From: Bacteroidia bacterium
GTDB lineage: Bacteria > Bacteroidota > Bacteroidia > NS11-12g > UBA9320
Direction of reading: 5' to 3'
Length of the DNA stretch: 64,000 bases
Assembly: GCA_965216465.1 (NCBI GenBank)
Contig: CBDCFW010000006.1
Span: forward strand, 864,001-928,000
Shown: positions 28,851-39,039 of the stretch, piece after piece
Layout: each line of letters starts with the position of its first letter
Numbering within the stretch: position 1 is the first letter of the stretch
Program-made: the position numbers and the translations under genes
Notes under the pieces: model-generated
Database searches by the model: none
Told to the model about the DNA's origin: nothing
The model's input: the letters and a program-made list of their open reading frames with translations, nothing else

Positions 28851-29342
28851 TTGAAGAACCAACTACCAACTTATCTTAAAGTTTTTTGTGTACTTAGCAT
28901 TATTGGATTTAGCTACTTAACTGCTATGAATTATGTGATGTATTCAACGCCTGAACAGATATCCACAATGCGACAAGATATACTTGTTCAACTTGAACAT
29001 AGTATAGAAGACATGGAGAACGACTCTAATACCGAAGAATTGGATGGCTTTTTTGATAAGGTTACTGAAGATGTAGAAACCCATTTAACCGAATCAAGAT
29101 ACAAACAACATAGCCTATACAGGATGTTGGGAAACTTCTTGACACTCATAGGAGCAATGTTCATGTTCAGAGCGAGAAAGCTTGGATTTCATCTTTACAT
29201 AGGAGGCTCCATTCTATCAATCGTATTTGGTTTTGTAGCATTTGGATTCGGTATGATAGGTTGGGCGTTTAACATCCTCTACATTTTCGCGGCTCTCCTA
29301 TTCGGCTTTATATATTTCAAATCCTTAAAGTACTTAAATTAA
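28851..29342 (+). CDS. Hypothetical membrane protein
   Basis: About 4 TM helices; PTYLKVFCVLS, GAMFMF, GFHLY. Confidence 0.6.
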   Translation: MKNQLPTYLKVFCVLSIIGFSYLTAMNYVMYSTPEQISTMRQDILVQLEHSIEDMENDSNTEELDGFFDKVTEDVETHLTESRYKQHSLYRMLGNFLTLIGAMFMFRARKLGFHLYIGGSILSIVFGFVAFGFGMIGWAFNILYIFAALLFGFIYFKSLKYLN

Positions 29343-30368
29343 GTGTTTAGCAAGGCTCAAGTAATAGATGGAATTCAGTACGCAAAATCGTTGAATATCA
29401 ACAGGTTGTTCAATGCGGCTAAGATTTATTTAAGCTACTTTGCGAGTAAGGCAACGAAGAAAAACTATCACTCCGGCAATCCAATTGCGATCTCAATAGA
29501 ACCAACAACTTCATGTAATCTTCGATGTCCTGAATGTCCATCAGGATTGCGATCTTTTTCAAGACCTATTGGAATGTTAGATCCCGAATTGAACAAGACT
29601 ATAATTGACCAATTAAAAGGGGAGTTAACCTATATCACGTACTACTTTCAAGGAGAGCCATACCTCAACACTAATTTTACGGATATGGTTCGGTATGCAA
29701 GCGACCACAAAATTTATACAGCCACCTCTACAAATGCACACTACCTAACCGACGACAATTGTAAGAAAACGATTGAAAGTGGATTGAGCCGTATGATTAT
29801 TTCAATCGACGGAGTAACACAAGATAGCTATGGGAAATATAGAATTGGAGGAGACCTCAAAAAGGTGATAGAAGGAACCAAAAATATGGTTCGGTGGAAG
29901 AAGGAAATGAAGAGTAAGACTCCGTTTATTTTGTGGCAGTTTATTGTATTTGGTCATAACGAGCACGAAATAGATGAGATTCGATCGCTAGCTAAGGAAG
30001 TTGGTGTCGACCACTTAGCATTAAAAACAGCCCAGATTTATGACTTTGAAACAGGAAGTGATTTACTTCCAAAAAACCCCAAATATTCGAGGTATAAAAA
30101 GAAGAATGGCAGGTACCAAATTCAGCACAAATTACTGAACCATTGCTGGAGAATGTGGCATGCCTGTGTCGCTACCTGGGACGGCAAACTTGTTCCCTGC
30201 TGTTTTGATAAAGACGCCGAGTATCAGCTCGGAAGTCTAAACAATTTGACGTTCAAGCAAATATGGAAATCGGAAGAATACAATCGATTTAGAAGACTCA
30301 TCTTGAAATCGAGAAGCAATATTGACATCTGCAAGAACTGTACTGAGGGCACTAGTGTCTGGAAGTAA
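29343..30368 (+). CDS. Radical SAM/SPASM-domain protein
   Basis: CNLRCPEC, QGEP, ISIDG; C-terminal C..PCCFD...CKNC. Confidence 0.9.
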   Translation: MFSKAQVIDGIQYAKSLNINRLFNAAKIYLSYFASKATKKNYHSGNPIAISIEPTTSCNLRCPECPSGLRSFSRPIGMLDPELNKTIIDQLKGELTYITYYFQGEPYLNTNFTDMVRYASDHKIYTATSTNAHYLTDDNCKKTIESGLSRMIISIDGVTQDSYGKYRIGGDLKKVIEGTKNMVRWKKEMKSKTPFILWQFIVFGHNEHEIDEIRSLAKEVGVDHLALKTAQIYDFETGSDLLPKNPKYSRYKKKNGRYQIQHKLLNHCWRMWHACVATWDGKLVPCCFDKDAEYQLGSLNNLTFKQIWKSEEYNRFRRLILKSRSNIDICKNCTEGTSVWK

Positions 30369-30444
30369 AAAAGTGAAAATTATTTTTGTGATTACCCAAA
30401 TTGCATTAATATTGCTTGAATCAAAAATAAAGGCTTTTGATATT

Positions 30445-31947
30445 ATGAATAGACACTTACTAACTTTATTAGTTGCACTAATACTTTTTACCCCCACCTT
30501 AGAAGCACAGAATAACGGAAACAAATTTGGCTTTGAAATCAATGGTGGCTTGCGCGAATATCACGGTGATTTGGGTAGTGCACTATATCTACAAAGAAGA
30601 CCTGATTATCAATTTGTAGGAGGAGCATTTGGAATGTCTCTTAATCCTTCATTTGATGTAAACATCTACGGTTCTTCTGGTGATTTAGGGTTTTATAAGA
30701 ATACATACGACGTTCGTACTACAAGATCATACCGACAAGGTTTTAGATCTAGAATTACCAACGTAATGCTAGGGGTTACATACAAGTTTAATAATGGTTA
30801 CATTATGGACGAAGACGCGACCTTTAAGCCGTATTTAAGAGGAGGTTGGGGTGTAAGCCAATCGATTACCCGTTTGTCACACAATAAAACAGGATACTCA
30901 GAAAGTAGAAACTGGTTAGCATCACACTGGAATGCAGGTGTTGGTGTTAAAATCAGATTAACTCCTTCTATCGATCTTGCTTTAAGCGAAATGTTTAACT
31001 ACAGTTTCGATGATAACTACGACGGTGAGCCATTCACGCTGACAGGTGCGAAACTGAACGATGCAATGGAGGGCAATAAGCCACTTCACGATGCATTCTT
31101 AGCTCACTCTATTGGATTTGTATTTAACTTCGGTGGCGGAGGAAGCGGATACACGATCAAAGACTCTGACGAAGATGGTGTTGCTGATGCGTTTGATATC
31201 TGTCCTAATACTCCAGACGGATATGAAGTTGATAGCGTTGGTTGTGCATTAGACGATGATAAAGATGGTGTACCTAACGAAATTGATAAGTGCCCAACTG
31301 TTCCTGGTGAGAAAGACAGAGACGGTTGCCCAATTTTAGATAAGGATAGAGATGGTATCGAAGATGCTGATGATAAGTGCCCAGAAACTCCAGGTTTAAA
31401 AGAGTTCGATGGCTGCCCAGATTCAGATAAAGACGGTATTATCGATTCTGAAGATAAATGTCCACTACTTGCCGGTACAGCAGAAGGCGAAGGTTGTCCT
31501 GATTCTGACGGCGATGGTGTTTATGACCATAAAGATGTTTGTCCTACAACTCCAGGGGTTGTTGAGAACAAAGGTTGTCCAGAAATTAAAGAGGAAGTTA
31601 AGGAAGCTATTAGACTGGCTGCAAAAGGAATTTACTTCGAAAGTGGTAAAGACGTAATAAAAGCAGAGTCATTCGCTAACCTTGACAAACTAGTAGAGAT
31701 ACTAAACGAATATCCAGAAGCAAAGGTTGCTATTGATGGTCACACTGATAGCCAAGGTGAAGATGCCGACAATTTGCAGCTTTCGCAGGATAGAGCAAGT
31801 GCGGTTAAAAGATATTTAGCGTCTAAAGGCGTTGAAGAAACTAGAATGACTGCCACAGGATATGGAGAGACTCAGCCAGTTGCTGATAATGGTTCAGCCG
31901 CTGGGCGAGCACTAAATAGAAGAGTAGACTTTAAACTCTCTTATTAA
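30445..31947 (+). CDS. OmpA-family outer-membrane protein with thrombospondin type-3 (DxDxDG) repeats
   Basis: Signal peptide, beta-barrel, repeated DxDxDG...D.CP units, GHTD..LSQDRA and GYGE..NRRV. Confidence 0.9.
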   Translation: MNRHLLTLLVALILFTPTLEAQNNGNKFGFEINGGLREYHGDLGSALYLQRRPDYQFVGGAFGMSLNPSFDVNIYGSSGDLGFYKNTYDVRTTRSYRQGFRSRITNVMLGVTYKFNNGYIMDEDATFKPYLRGGWGVSQSITRLSHNKTGYSESRNWLASHWNAGVGVKIRLTPSIDLALSEMFNYSFDDNYDGEPFTLTGAKLNDAMEGNKPLHDAFLAHSIGFVFNFGGGGSGYTIKDSDEDGVADAFDICPNTPDGYEVDSVGCALDDDKDGVPNEIDKCPTVPGEKDRDGCPILDKDRDGIEDADDKCPETPGLKEFDGCPDSDKDGIIDSEDKCPLLAGTAEGEGCPDSDGDGVYDHKDVCPTTPGVVENKGCPEIKEEVKEAIRLAAKGIYFESGKDVIKAESFANLDKLVEILNEYPEAKVAIDGHTDSQGEDADNLQLSQDRASAVKRYLASKGVEETRMTATGYGETQPVADNGSAAGRALNRRVDFKLSY

Positions 31948-31970
31948 ATCTCAAACTAAAAGCTAAGATT

Positions 31971-31999
31971 AAAGGGGCACGCATTGCGTGCCCCTTTTT
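31971..31999. terminator. Bidirectional intrinsic terminator
   Basis: AAAGGGGCACGC-ATT-GCGTGCCCCTTT between convergent genes. Confidence 0.8.
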
Positions 32000-32058
32000 A
32001 TTTAATACTTATCCTAGGTCGTGCTTGTTACCCGACCTAAAAATCCCGAAAATTCGTC

Positions 32059-32346
32059 TTATTTCTTTTCGTCTTGATCGCCCTCAATTTCTTCAATTTC
32101 TGCATCGGGCTTAGACTCTTCAACACTGCCTTCTTTGGCATGAAATTTCTGATAGTACGACTCATCATCCATTTTAATTAAATAAAGACAATCGTTGAGT
32201 TGAAGTTCGAGTGCTTTTAAAAATCCTCCGCCAGAAGTAGGGAAGTTTACAAATTCAGCGTCGTCTACTCCATTAGGAAATTCCTTCAACAAGAAATTCA
32301 TAACATCCTTGTTGACGTTCTTCAGTGATGTGATAATCCGTTTCAT
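32059..32346 (-). CDS. Small conserved hypothetical protein with acidic tail
   Basis: MKRII..., FPNG, YLIKM pattern. Confidence 0.6.
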   Translation of the reverse strand: MKRIITSLKNVNKDVMNFLLKEFPNGVDDAEFVNFPTSGGGFLKALELQLNDCLYLIKMDDESYYQKFHAKEGSVEESKPDAEIEEIEGDQDEKK

Positions 32347-32412
32347 TGCATACGTCTTGTGTAGTTCTACACAAATATCAAAAGCAATAAAAAGGAGATG
32401 TAAACATTGGTT

Positions 32413-33072
32413 TTAGGAGATGTTTGGTTTTGTGAGCAATTCTTCTTTCCCTATGCGTTGTGCAGCAAAGTACGCAACTACATGGCCAAGGTTCTTTAAA
32501 TTCTTCTTCATCCACTGTGCTTGCTCAGGACAAGTAAGATCGCCAAGCTCCAATACCAGTTCGGCATCTTTAGTTATGGTATACTTAAAGTTGTAGTAAT
32601 TGCTCAAATTTTTAGTGAAATTATCATCATGCCATTTGTACTTGAAGTAAGAGCTATAAAACTCCTTCCAAGCATCAGCAGCAGGCTTATCTGTCGGGTC
32701 GTCGTAACCTATTGAAGCCCCTGAACCGCACACCGTAGCACAACCATCGAAGTGAATCGATAATGCTAGATCAACTACGCTATATTTTCTTCTGTCAGCC
32801 TTGCTACGAATTACAGATATACCGGCTTCTCTTAGTATTCTGGTTGCTTCGTCAGCAACTATCGGAGTCCAATCTATTTCTCGACCATAAGAACTTGATG
32901 TGCCTGTTGCTCCTCGTGTTCTTCCTTCGTGACCAGCTTGTATATATATTTCTGCTTTGTCATATTTTAAAATACCTTTTCGCGACAACTTGTAATGAGA
33001 AGTAAAGTATTGATAGCCGAGTGTTGAAGCACTTAAAAAAGCTAAAATAAGAATGATTTTTAAACGAGTCAT
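32413..33072 (-). CDS. N-acetylmuramoyl-L-alanine amidase (Amidase_3-like)
   Basis: IQAGH..E, SIHFD, LVLELG zinc/catalytic motifs; signal anchor. Confidence 0.75.
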   Translation of the reverse strand: MTRLKIILILAFLSASTLGYQYFTSHYKLSRKGILKYDKAEIYIQAGHEGRTRGATGTSSSYGREIDWTPIVADEATRILREAGISVIRSKADRRKYSVVDLALSIHFDGCATVCGSGASIGYDDPTDKPAADAWKEFYSSYFKYKWHDDNFTKNLSNYYNFKYTITKDAELVLELGDLTCPEQAQWMKKNLKNLGHVVAYFAAQRIGKEELLTKPNIS

Positions 33073-33162
33073 AGTTAGATTGAGGTTTCAGTTTATAACG
33101 AATGAAGAAAAACTATATTGTTTTTGAGGGGTTGACTAATAAGTGCATCTTTGCACCCCGCT

Positions 33163-33492
33163 ATGCTAAAAATGTGGAACAGTCTTAAATTGAAGTGGAA
33201 TGTTGATTCTGACTTAAGATTAGGGTGGATATTTATCATTTTCGCAATTACAGGTAGTTCGATTGTTTTTGTGCGACAGCCCATTCAGGTTTATCTTTAT
33301 GATGAAGCAAATTTCTGGGATTTAATCTGGTATCAAAAGCTCGTAATAACACTCGTGGTTTATTTTGTATACCAAATACATCTTTTTGTAATAGGAAGCA
33401 TACTTGGAGAACACAAGTTTGTAAAGTGGTTTATTCTCAAAATGAACAAAAGAATGTTTGGCCGACTTATTAAAAAGCAAGGTAATGAATAA
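33163..33492 (+). CDS. DUF6787-like small membrane protein
   Basis: LKLKWNV, IFAITGSS, YQI.L..IG..GEHKF. Confidence 0.65.
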   Translation: MLKMWNSLKLKWNVDSDLRLGWIFIIFAITGSSIVFVRQPIQVYLYDEANFWDLIWYQKLVITLVVYFVYQIHLFVIGSILGEHKFVKWFILKMNKRMFGRLIKKQGNE

Positions 33493-34492
33493 AGAAGATA
33501 TTTTAAAAGCATTGGGATATGTTGAAGATCCAGACCTAAAAAAGGATTTGGTAACCTTGAACATGATTCAAAATCTAGAAATTTCAGGGAGTAATGTGAA
33601 GTTTGATTTAGTGCTTACCACGCCAGCATGCCCGCTCAAAGAGACTATTGCAAATGCATGTAGAAATGCGATAATAACAATGGTCAATGCAGAGGCTGAT
33701 ATCGATATTAATATTACTTCGAATGTTGAGCGAAGCAGAACTGAAAACGAGGTGCTGAAAACGGTGAAGAATATTATTGCTATTGCATCTGGTAAAGGTG
33801 GAGTAGGGAAGAGCACGGTTGCCATCAACATAGCGAAAACTTTGCAGCAAGCTGGAGCAAAAGTTGGCCTGTTGGATGCAGATATACATGGCCCGTCTAT
33901 CCCAGTATTGTTAAATACAGAAGAAGAGAAACCTGCACTAGAAGATAACCTTATGTTGCCAATTGAATCGGATGGTCTTAAAACTATGAGCATCGGATAT
34001 TTGGTTGACAGACAACAGGCACTTGTTTGGAGGGGTCCGATGTTGGCGAAAGCAATTTCACAGTTTTGCACCGACGTGAAATGGGGAGAGCTTGATTATT
34101 TGATTATTGATTTGCCTCCAGGAACAGGGGATGCACATCTGAGCATCATTCAGCAAATTCCATTAAGCGGAGTCGTAATCGTAACAACTCCTGAAGATGT
34201 GGCAATATCTGACACAGTTAAGGCTGTAGATATGTTTACAAATCCACAGATTAAGCAAAATATTTTAGGTGTAGTTGAGAACATGAGCTACTTCCAACCT
34301 GAGGGCTCTGATAAAAAACACTACATCTTTGGGAAAGAAGGAGGAGCAGTATTGTGCAAAGAGAGCAACCTCGATTTATTGGGAGAACTTCCTATTTTAG
34401 AAGATAAGTCTTTTCCAAACCAAATTTCACACTACACGCCAGTAGTAGGAAGCATAGTTCAAAAACTATCAATTTTAGCAGCTAACGGATAA
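33485..34492 (+). CDS. mrp: Mrp/NBP35 (ApbC) Fe-S carrier ATPase
   Basis: DPDL..DLV, TPACP, SGKGGVGKST, WRGPM, DLPPGTGD, ENMS. Confidence 0.92.
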   Translation: MNKEDILKALGYVEDPDLKKDLVTLNMIQNLEISGSNVKFDLVLTTPACPLKETIANACRNAIITMVNAEADIDINITSNVERSRTENEVLKTVKNIIAIASGKGGVGKSTVAINIAKTLQQAGAKVGLLDADIHGPSIPVLLNTEEEKPALEDNLMLPIESDGLKTMSIGYLVDRQQALVWRGPMLAKAISQFCTDVKWGELDYLIIDLPPGTGDAHLSIIQQIPLSGVVIVTTPEDVAISDTVKAVDMFTNPQIKQNILGVVENMSYFQPEGSDKKHYIFGKEGGAVLCKESNLDLLGELPILEDKSFPNQISHYTPVVGSIVQKLSILAANG

Positions 34493-34503
34493 AAACAATA
34501 TCT

Positions 34504-34746
34504 TTGAACCATCAAATGTCGGAATCACAAACTAAAATAGAAGAAGCACTTGATACCATTAGACCTTTTCTGAAGAAGGATGGTGGTGACGTGGAATTTG
34601 TTTCGTACGAAGACAACACCGTAAAAATAAAATTGCTGGGAGCGTGCAAAACGTGTAGCATTAGTCACATAACAATGAAGGCTGGCGTCGAAGAAAGCAT
34701 TAAGAAGGTGTTACCTAACGTTTCGTCTGTAGTTGCAGTTAATTAA
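34504..34746 (+). CDS. NifU/NfuA-like Fe-S carrier
   Basis: IRPFL..DGGDVE, GACKTC. Confidence 0.9.
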   Translation: MNHQMSESQTKIEEALDTIRPFLKKDGGDVEFVSYEDNTVKIKLLGACKTCSISHITMKAGVEESIKKVLPNVSSVVAVN

Positions 34747-34758
34747 TTTCGTTTCAAT

Positions 34759-35616
34759 ATGAAACGAAGCGATAACTTTCCCAACCTCTTTGATTTCATA
34801 AATACTTTTAGCATTTGGGTCGTTCTAGGCTCATTTACTACCTACAGCTATTTTGCCTTGGTGTATGGATTTCAGCCGGACTTTCAAGCAGGAGTAATCT
34901 TGGCACTCAGTATTTGGGTAATTTATACAGTAGACCATCTTTTAGATGGTTACAAGCTTAAAGGCAAAGCCATGGCAAAACGACATCAGCAACATTATCA
35001 GCTGAGAGGTTGGCTTATGGTATTGGTGGCCTTATCATCACTGGCCGCAATAATTTTGGTTTTTACCCACCTAGACCGTAACTATTTTACCTTTGGCTTT
35101 TTGTTATTAGGATTGACCGTCATGCATTTTTTGATTAATGCGACAATATCAAACAAGACAAAGAATCGCATTTTTTTGAAAGAAGTGTTTATTGCATTGG
35201 TGGTTACCTTAGGTTTTGCAGGATTACCTTTAGCTATTAATCCAAGCCAAATAGATTCGAGCCTAATTCCAATAATTGCTTCTTTCTTTTTTATCAATCT
35301 AGCAAATCTTTTGTTGTTTTCTTACTTTGATTATGAATCAGATGAGCGAAGCAATTTTTTATCGGCTGCACATATTTATGGCAAAGATGTTTCTCGAAAT
35401 GTAGCAATGGTTCTTCTAATACTTTCTATTGGTATTCAGATTTATTTAGGAGCTATACAAGGGTTGTCGCTTGCGGTTTGGCTCACCCCAATCTCAATGG
35501 CCGGAACTTTGTTACTGTTGGTTTTTGTACCAAGCTTTTTTCAGGTGAATGATCGCTATCGTTTTTTTGGCGATCTGATTTACTTGTATCCAGCAGTCGT
35601 TATTCCATTGCTTTAA
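34759..35616 (+). CDS. UbiA-like prenyltransferase-family membrane protein
   Basis: YTVDHLLD, KEVFIA, FDYESD; polytopic. Confidence 0.55.
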   Translation: MKRSDNFPNLFDFINTFSIWVVLGSFTTYSYFALVYGFQPDFQAGVILALSIWVIYTVDHLLDGYKLKGKAMAKRHQQHYQLRGWLMVLVALSSLAAIILVFTHLDRNYFTFGFLLLGLTVMHFLINATISNKTKNRIFLKEVFIALVVTLGFAGLPLAINPSQIDSSLIPIIASFFFINLANLLLFSYFDYESDERSNFLSAAHIYGKDVSRNVAMVLLILSIGIQIYLGAIQGLSLAVWLTPISMAGTLLLLVFVPSFFQVNDRYRFFGDLIYLYPAVVIPLL

Positions 35617-36163
35617 AATAGCAACTTCTACATCTGGCCTCGTAAAGATCCTTCTCACCCAATTCAATTTGAGCCGTGCTTTCTGATTTGCGATAGGTGT
35701 ATTGAGCTAAAGACCCACATTGATTACAGATTGCATGAACCTTAGTTACATACTCTGCATCGGCCAGCAATCGAGGCATGGGGCCAAAAGGTTGTGCTTT
35801 AAAGTCTAGGTCTAAACCGGCAACAATTATTCGCTTACCGCTATTGGCAAGTTCACGACAAACGTAGGCAATTGAGTCGTCAAAGAATTGTGCTTCGTCT
35901 ATACCTATAACCTCTGATTCTTTTGCAAGGGTTTTTAGTTGTGATGAATCAGAAACAGGAGTTGCTTCAATGCCGGTGTTATTATGTGACACCACATTTT
36001 TATGGTGGTAACGCGTTTCAATTTCAGGCTTAAAGACGGCATAACTTTGATTTGCTATAGCTACTCGTTTAAGTCTACGTATCAATTCTTCTGTTTTTCC
36101 ACTGAACATAGATCCGCAGATTACTTCAATCCATCCTTTATTGTTTTTTGGCTCAATAAACAT
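35600..36163 (-). CDS. tdk: Thymidine kinase
   Basis: GSMFSGKTEEL, DEAQF, CNQC, YEARCRSC. Confidence 0.95.
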   Translation of the reverse strand: MFIEPKNNKGWIEVICGSMFSGKTEELIRRLKRVAIANQSYAVFKPEIETRYHHKNVVSHNNTGIEATPVSDSSQLKTLAKESEVIGIDEAQFFDDSIAYVCRELANSGKRIIVAGLDLDFKAQPFGPMPRLLADAEYVTKVHAICNQCGSLAQYTYRKSESTAQIELGEKDLYEARCRSCYFKAME

Positions 36164-36221
36164 TTGAAATTAATAACACCAACCGAAAGTAATAATAATT
36201 AGCTTTATTCGTACCATAATT

Positions 36222-36869
36222 ATGAGCAGAGATCAGATCCACGACAAAATTGATGAACTCCTAGGACTAATAAGTATTAATAACAATCGTCTAAGCTTAC
36301 ATTCAGAGAAACTTTCTCAGTTAGATATTGATGTACTCAGAAAACAATGCATTGAATTGTACGACGAGATTAATCGCTTAGCTTTAATGGGACGATCTGC
36401 TCAAACTCCAATAAAGAGCAAGCCGGTTAAGAAAGAGGTGGTTGAAGTACCTCCTGTAAAGGAAGAACCTGTTCAAGTGAAGCAAGTGGTTAAAGAACCG
36501 GTTGTAGAAGAAGCACCAGCTGAAGAAAAACCTAAACCAGCTCCTGTTCTAAAAGAAGAACCTAAAAAGTCAAAGCCAAAATCAAATAAGCAGGTCGAAG
36601 AAGAAATGCTATCGCTGTTTGAAAAGTTCAATAGTAAACCAATTGATAGTATTGCGAAAGCAATTTCAGTAGCCAAGCGATTCGAATTTCAAAGTAACTT
36701 TTTTGATGGTGAGGCAAAAGACTACAAAGATTTTATGGCCAAGCTTGAGGCTGCTGGTGATCGTGAATCAGCATTTGAAATTTACCACGATTACAAAGAC
36801 CGTCTAAAGTGGGATAATGAAGAGCTGAAAGATGAGCTTAAAGCCTTAATGTACCGAAAATATCATTAG
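36222..36869 (+). CDS. Hypothetical protein (Pro/Glu/Lys-rich linker, helical C-terminal domain)
   Basis: 215-aa ORF; AISVAKRFEF..FFDG C-terminal pattern. Confidence 0.6.
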   Translation: MSRDQIHDKIDELLGLISINNNRLSLHSEKLSQLDIDVLRKQCIELYDEINRLALMGRSAQTPIKSKPVKKEVVEVPPVKEEPVQVKQVVKEPVVEEAPAEEKPKPAPVLKEEPKKSKPKSNKQVEEEMLSLFEKFNSKPIDSIAKAISVAKRFEFQSNFFDGEAKDYKDFMAKLEAAGDRESAFEIYHDYKDRLKWDNEELKDELKALMYRKYH

Positions 36870-36876
36870 TAAGTAG

Positions 36877-38937
36877 ATGTATGTGCTAAGCCACGTACCC
36901 CTACTCAAATTTCTTCCTTTTTTTATTCTAGGCATACTTGCTGGAAACGCCGTTTCTTGTCTATGGCTGTTTTTAATTGTATTGTTGATTGGGGTTGGTG
37001 TCCTCGTTATTAGTGATTATTATCTCAGGTCAAATCTTTCCAGAAAAGGGTTGGTAGCATCAACCGTTCTTGTACAATTTATTTTGATTGTAGCAGGGGC
37101 ATTATTGGTGAATCTGCATAATCAAATTAATTCACCATACCACTTTTCAAAATATCAAAATCCTCAAGCATATGTTGGAGTGGTTTCAAGTGCAGCGAAA
37201 TATGGTAAAACGGTGTCGTTTGAATTTCAAGTTGATTATGTTGTTTTAGGAAACAATTTACAAAAGAGTATTGGTAAGGTAAATGTGAATCTTAATATGG
37301 ATTCTAATAGCGAATTGGTCATTTATGGAGATGAGTTGGTGTTGAACAAGCAAGTTCAGGAGATTGCGAGACCCAAAAATCCAGGGAGTTTCAATTTCAA
37401 AGCTTTCTATCAAATTAAGAATGTAAATCACTCTGTTTGGTTAAAAAGTTCTGAATGGAGAAAAACGGGAAGACAAAAGAGGAATAAAGTTAAGGCGTGG
37501 TCTTATTGCACTCGAAATAAGTTGATCGCTCATTTTGATAAACACCTCGATGAGGATGTTGTAGAATTTGCTAAGGCATTGGTGTTAGGATATAAACAGC
37601 ACCTCCCAACAGAAGTTAAACAGGATTTTTCTCGTACAGGTACAATACATGTTCTTGCAGTTTCAGGACTGCATGTAGGATTAATTTATGGATTGCTTTC
37701 AATTATTCTTGCCATGAAGAAAGGCAAACTATGGGTCAGAGTAATTAAAGCTTTGATTTTGGTGGGAGGACTATTTGCCTATGAATTAATTACTGGGCTT
37801 TCAATTTCTGTTCTTCGTTCGGTAATAATGTTTAGTCTGTTTGTTATGGCTGAATTGAGTGGGAGAAAATCATCTTCTCCAAATACGGTGTTGTTAGCTG
37901 GTTTTGTTCTGCTTTGTTTGGACCCATTGGCGTTATACAATCTCGGTTTTCAGTTTTCATTTCTTGCGGTTCTTGGAATTGTGTTGTTTGCGAAGACGTT
38001 GTCAAAAAAATGGAAGCATCAATGGTGGATTACAGGTAAGTTAAAAGAGTTGATTGCCGTAAGTCTTTGTGCACAGATTTTTGTGCTGCCATTAAGCCTA
38101 TATTATTTCCATGCTTTTCCTGTTTATTTTTTGGTAGCCAATCTACTCGTGGTGCCGTTAGTTACAGTGGGTTTGTATCTAGGAGTTGGGTTTGCAACGC
38201 TTGGACTTCTATCATCAGCAGTTTCCAAAATCTTGGCTGATTTAATGGAGGCCTATTTGAGGTTTTCAATTGGCTTAAATCATATGATTGGATCGTGGCC
38301 AAATGCAATAGTGTCTACTCCAGAAATTTCTGTTTTGTGCACATGGATGGTTTTAGGATTTATCGCTTCGCTAAGTTTTGGCCTGTTCTATCGTCAGAAG
38401 TTATCATTGAACTTGAGCGTTTGGTGCTTTGCGGCGATATTGTTTGTATATGAATTGGACCGTAAAACTATTCCAGACAGTGAGGTTATAGTGTTTCACC
38501 ACAATCGTTCATCCCTGATTGGTTTTAGGTCAAATCAGAAGTTGGTAGTTCTTGCCAGCAAAGAGGCTTACACAGATGATAAGGTGTTTGAATATTTGGT
38601 TGAGCCATATAGTGAGATGCACAACGTGAAGTCGATAGTTTACCATCCAATTTCAAGAGTTGATGCAACAGGAAGAATTGGAGATTTGGTCTTTTTAGGA
38701 AATGGTTGTTTGGGGTTCAAAAATGAGCTGTTTTTTGTAGATCAGCTAGGGTTGAATTTGGATCTTAAAAACACTAAATTTCGAGGGGTATTTGTGGATG
38801 GAAAATGGAGTTCTAATCGGGCAAAATTAATTGATGAAAAACTGCATTTTGATACGGGCATTTTGATGGGCAGAAACGTAGATTTTGAAGGGAGGAAATG
38901 GAAGGCTAACAAACAGAGTTATGTCATAATACGGTAG
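36877..38937 (+). CDS. comEC: ComEC/Rec2 competence protein
   Basis: NPGSFNF, GTIHVLAVSGLHVG, SVLRS, GFQFSF. Confidence 0.9.
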   Translation: MYVLSHVPLLKFLPFFILGILAGNAVSCLWLFLIVLLIGVGVLVISDYYLRSNLSRKGLVASTVLVQFILIVAGALLVNLHNQINSPYHFSKYQNPQAYVGVVSSAAKYGKTVSFEFQVDYVVLGNNLQKSIGKVNVNLNMDSNSELVIYGDELVLNKQVQEIARPKNPGSFNFKAFYQIKNVNHSVWLKSSEWRKTGRQKRNKVKAWSYCTRNKLIAHFDKHLDEDVVEFAKALVLGYKQHLPTEVKQDFSRTGTIHVLAVSGLHVGLIYGLLSIILAMKKGKLWVRVIKALILVGGLFAYELITGLSISVLRSVIMFSLFVMAELSGRKSSSPNTVLLAGFVLLCLDPLALYNLGFQFSFLAVLGIVLFAKTLSKKWKHQWWITGKLKELIAVSLCAQIFVLPLSLYYFHAFPVYFLVANLLVVPLVTVGLYLGVGFATLGLLSSAVSKILADLMEAYLRFSIGLNHMIGSWPNAIVSTPEISVLCTWMVLGFIASLSFGLFYRQKLSLNLSVWCFAAILFVYELDRKTIPDSEVIVFHHNRSSLIGFRSNQKLVVLASKEAYTDDKVFEYLVEPYSEMHNVKSIVYHPISRVDATGRIGDLVFLGNGCLGFKNELFFVDQLGLNLDLKNTKFRGVFVDGKWSSNRAKLIDEKLHFDTGILMGRNVDFEGRKWKANKQSYVIIR

Positions 38938-39039
38938 CATTCTTTGTCATTTTTTCGAAGTAAAGTTTTGTTTTTGAAATAAATGTATAAATTTGATGCT
39001 TTACAATTTAAAAATAAACGTAATTTATCAATCAAGCGT

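Noticed and set aside
31160-31580. Internal repeats in the OmpA gene as a novel repeat element
   Set aside because: Explained by known thrombospondin type-3 calcium-binding repeats
33568-34071. 167-aa minus-strand ORF and similar antisense ORFs across the window
   Set aside because: Fully antisense to well-supported genes and without motifs
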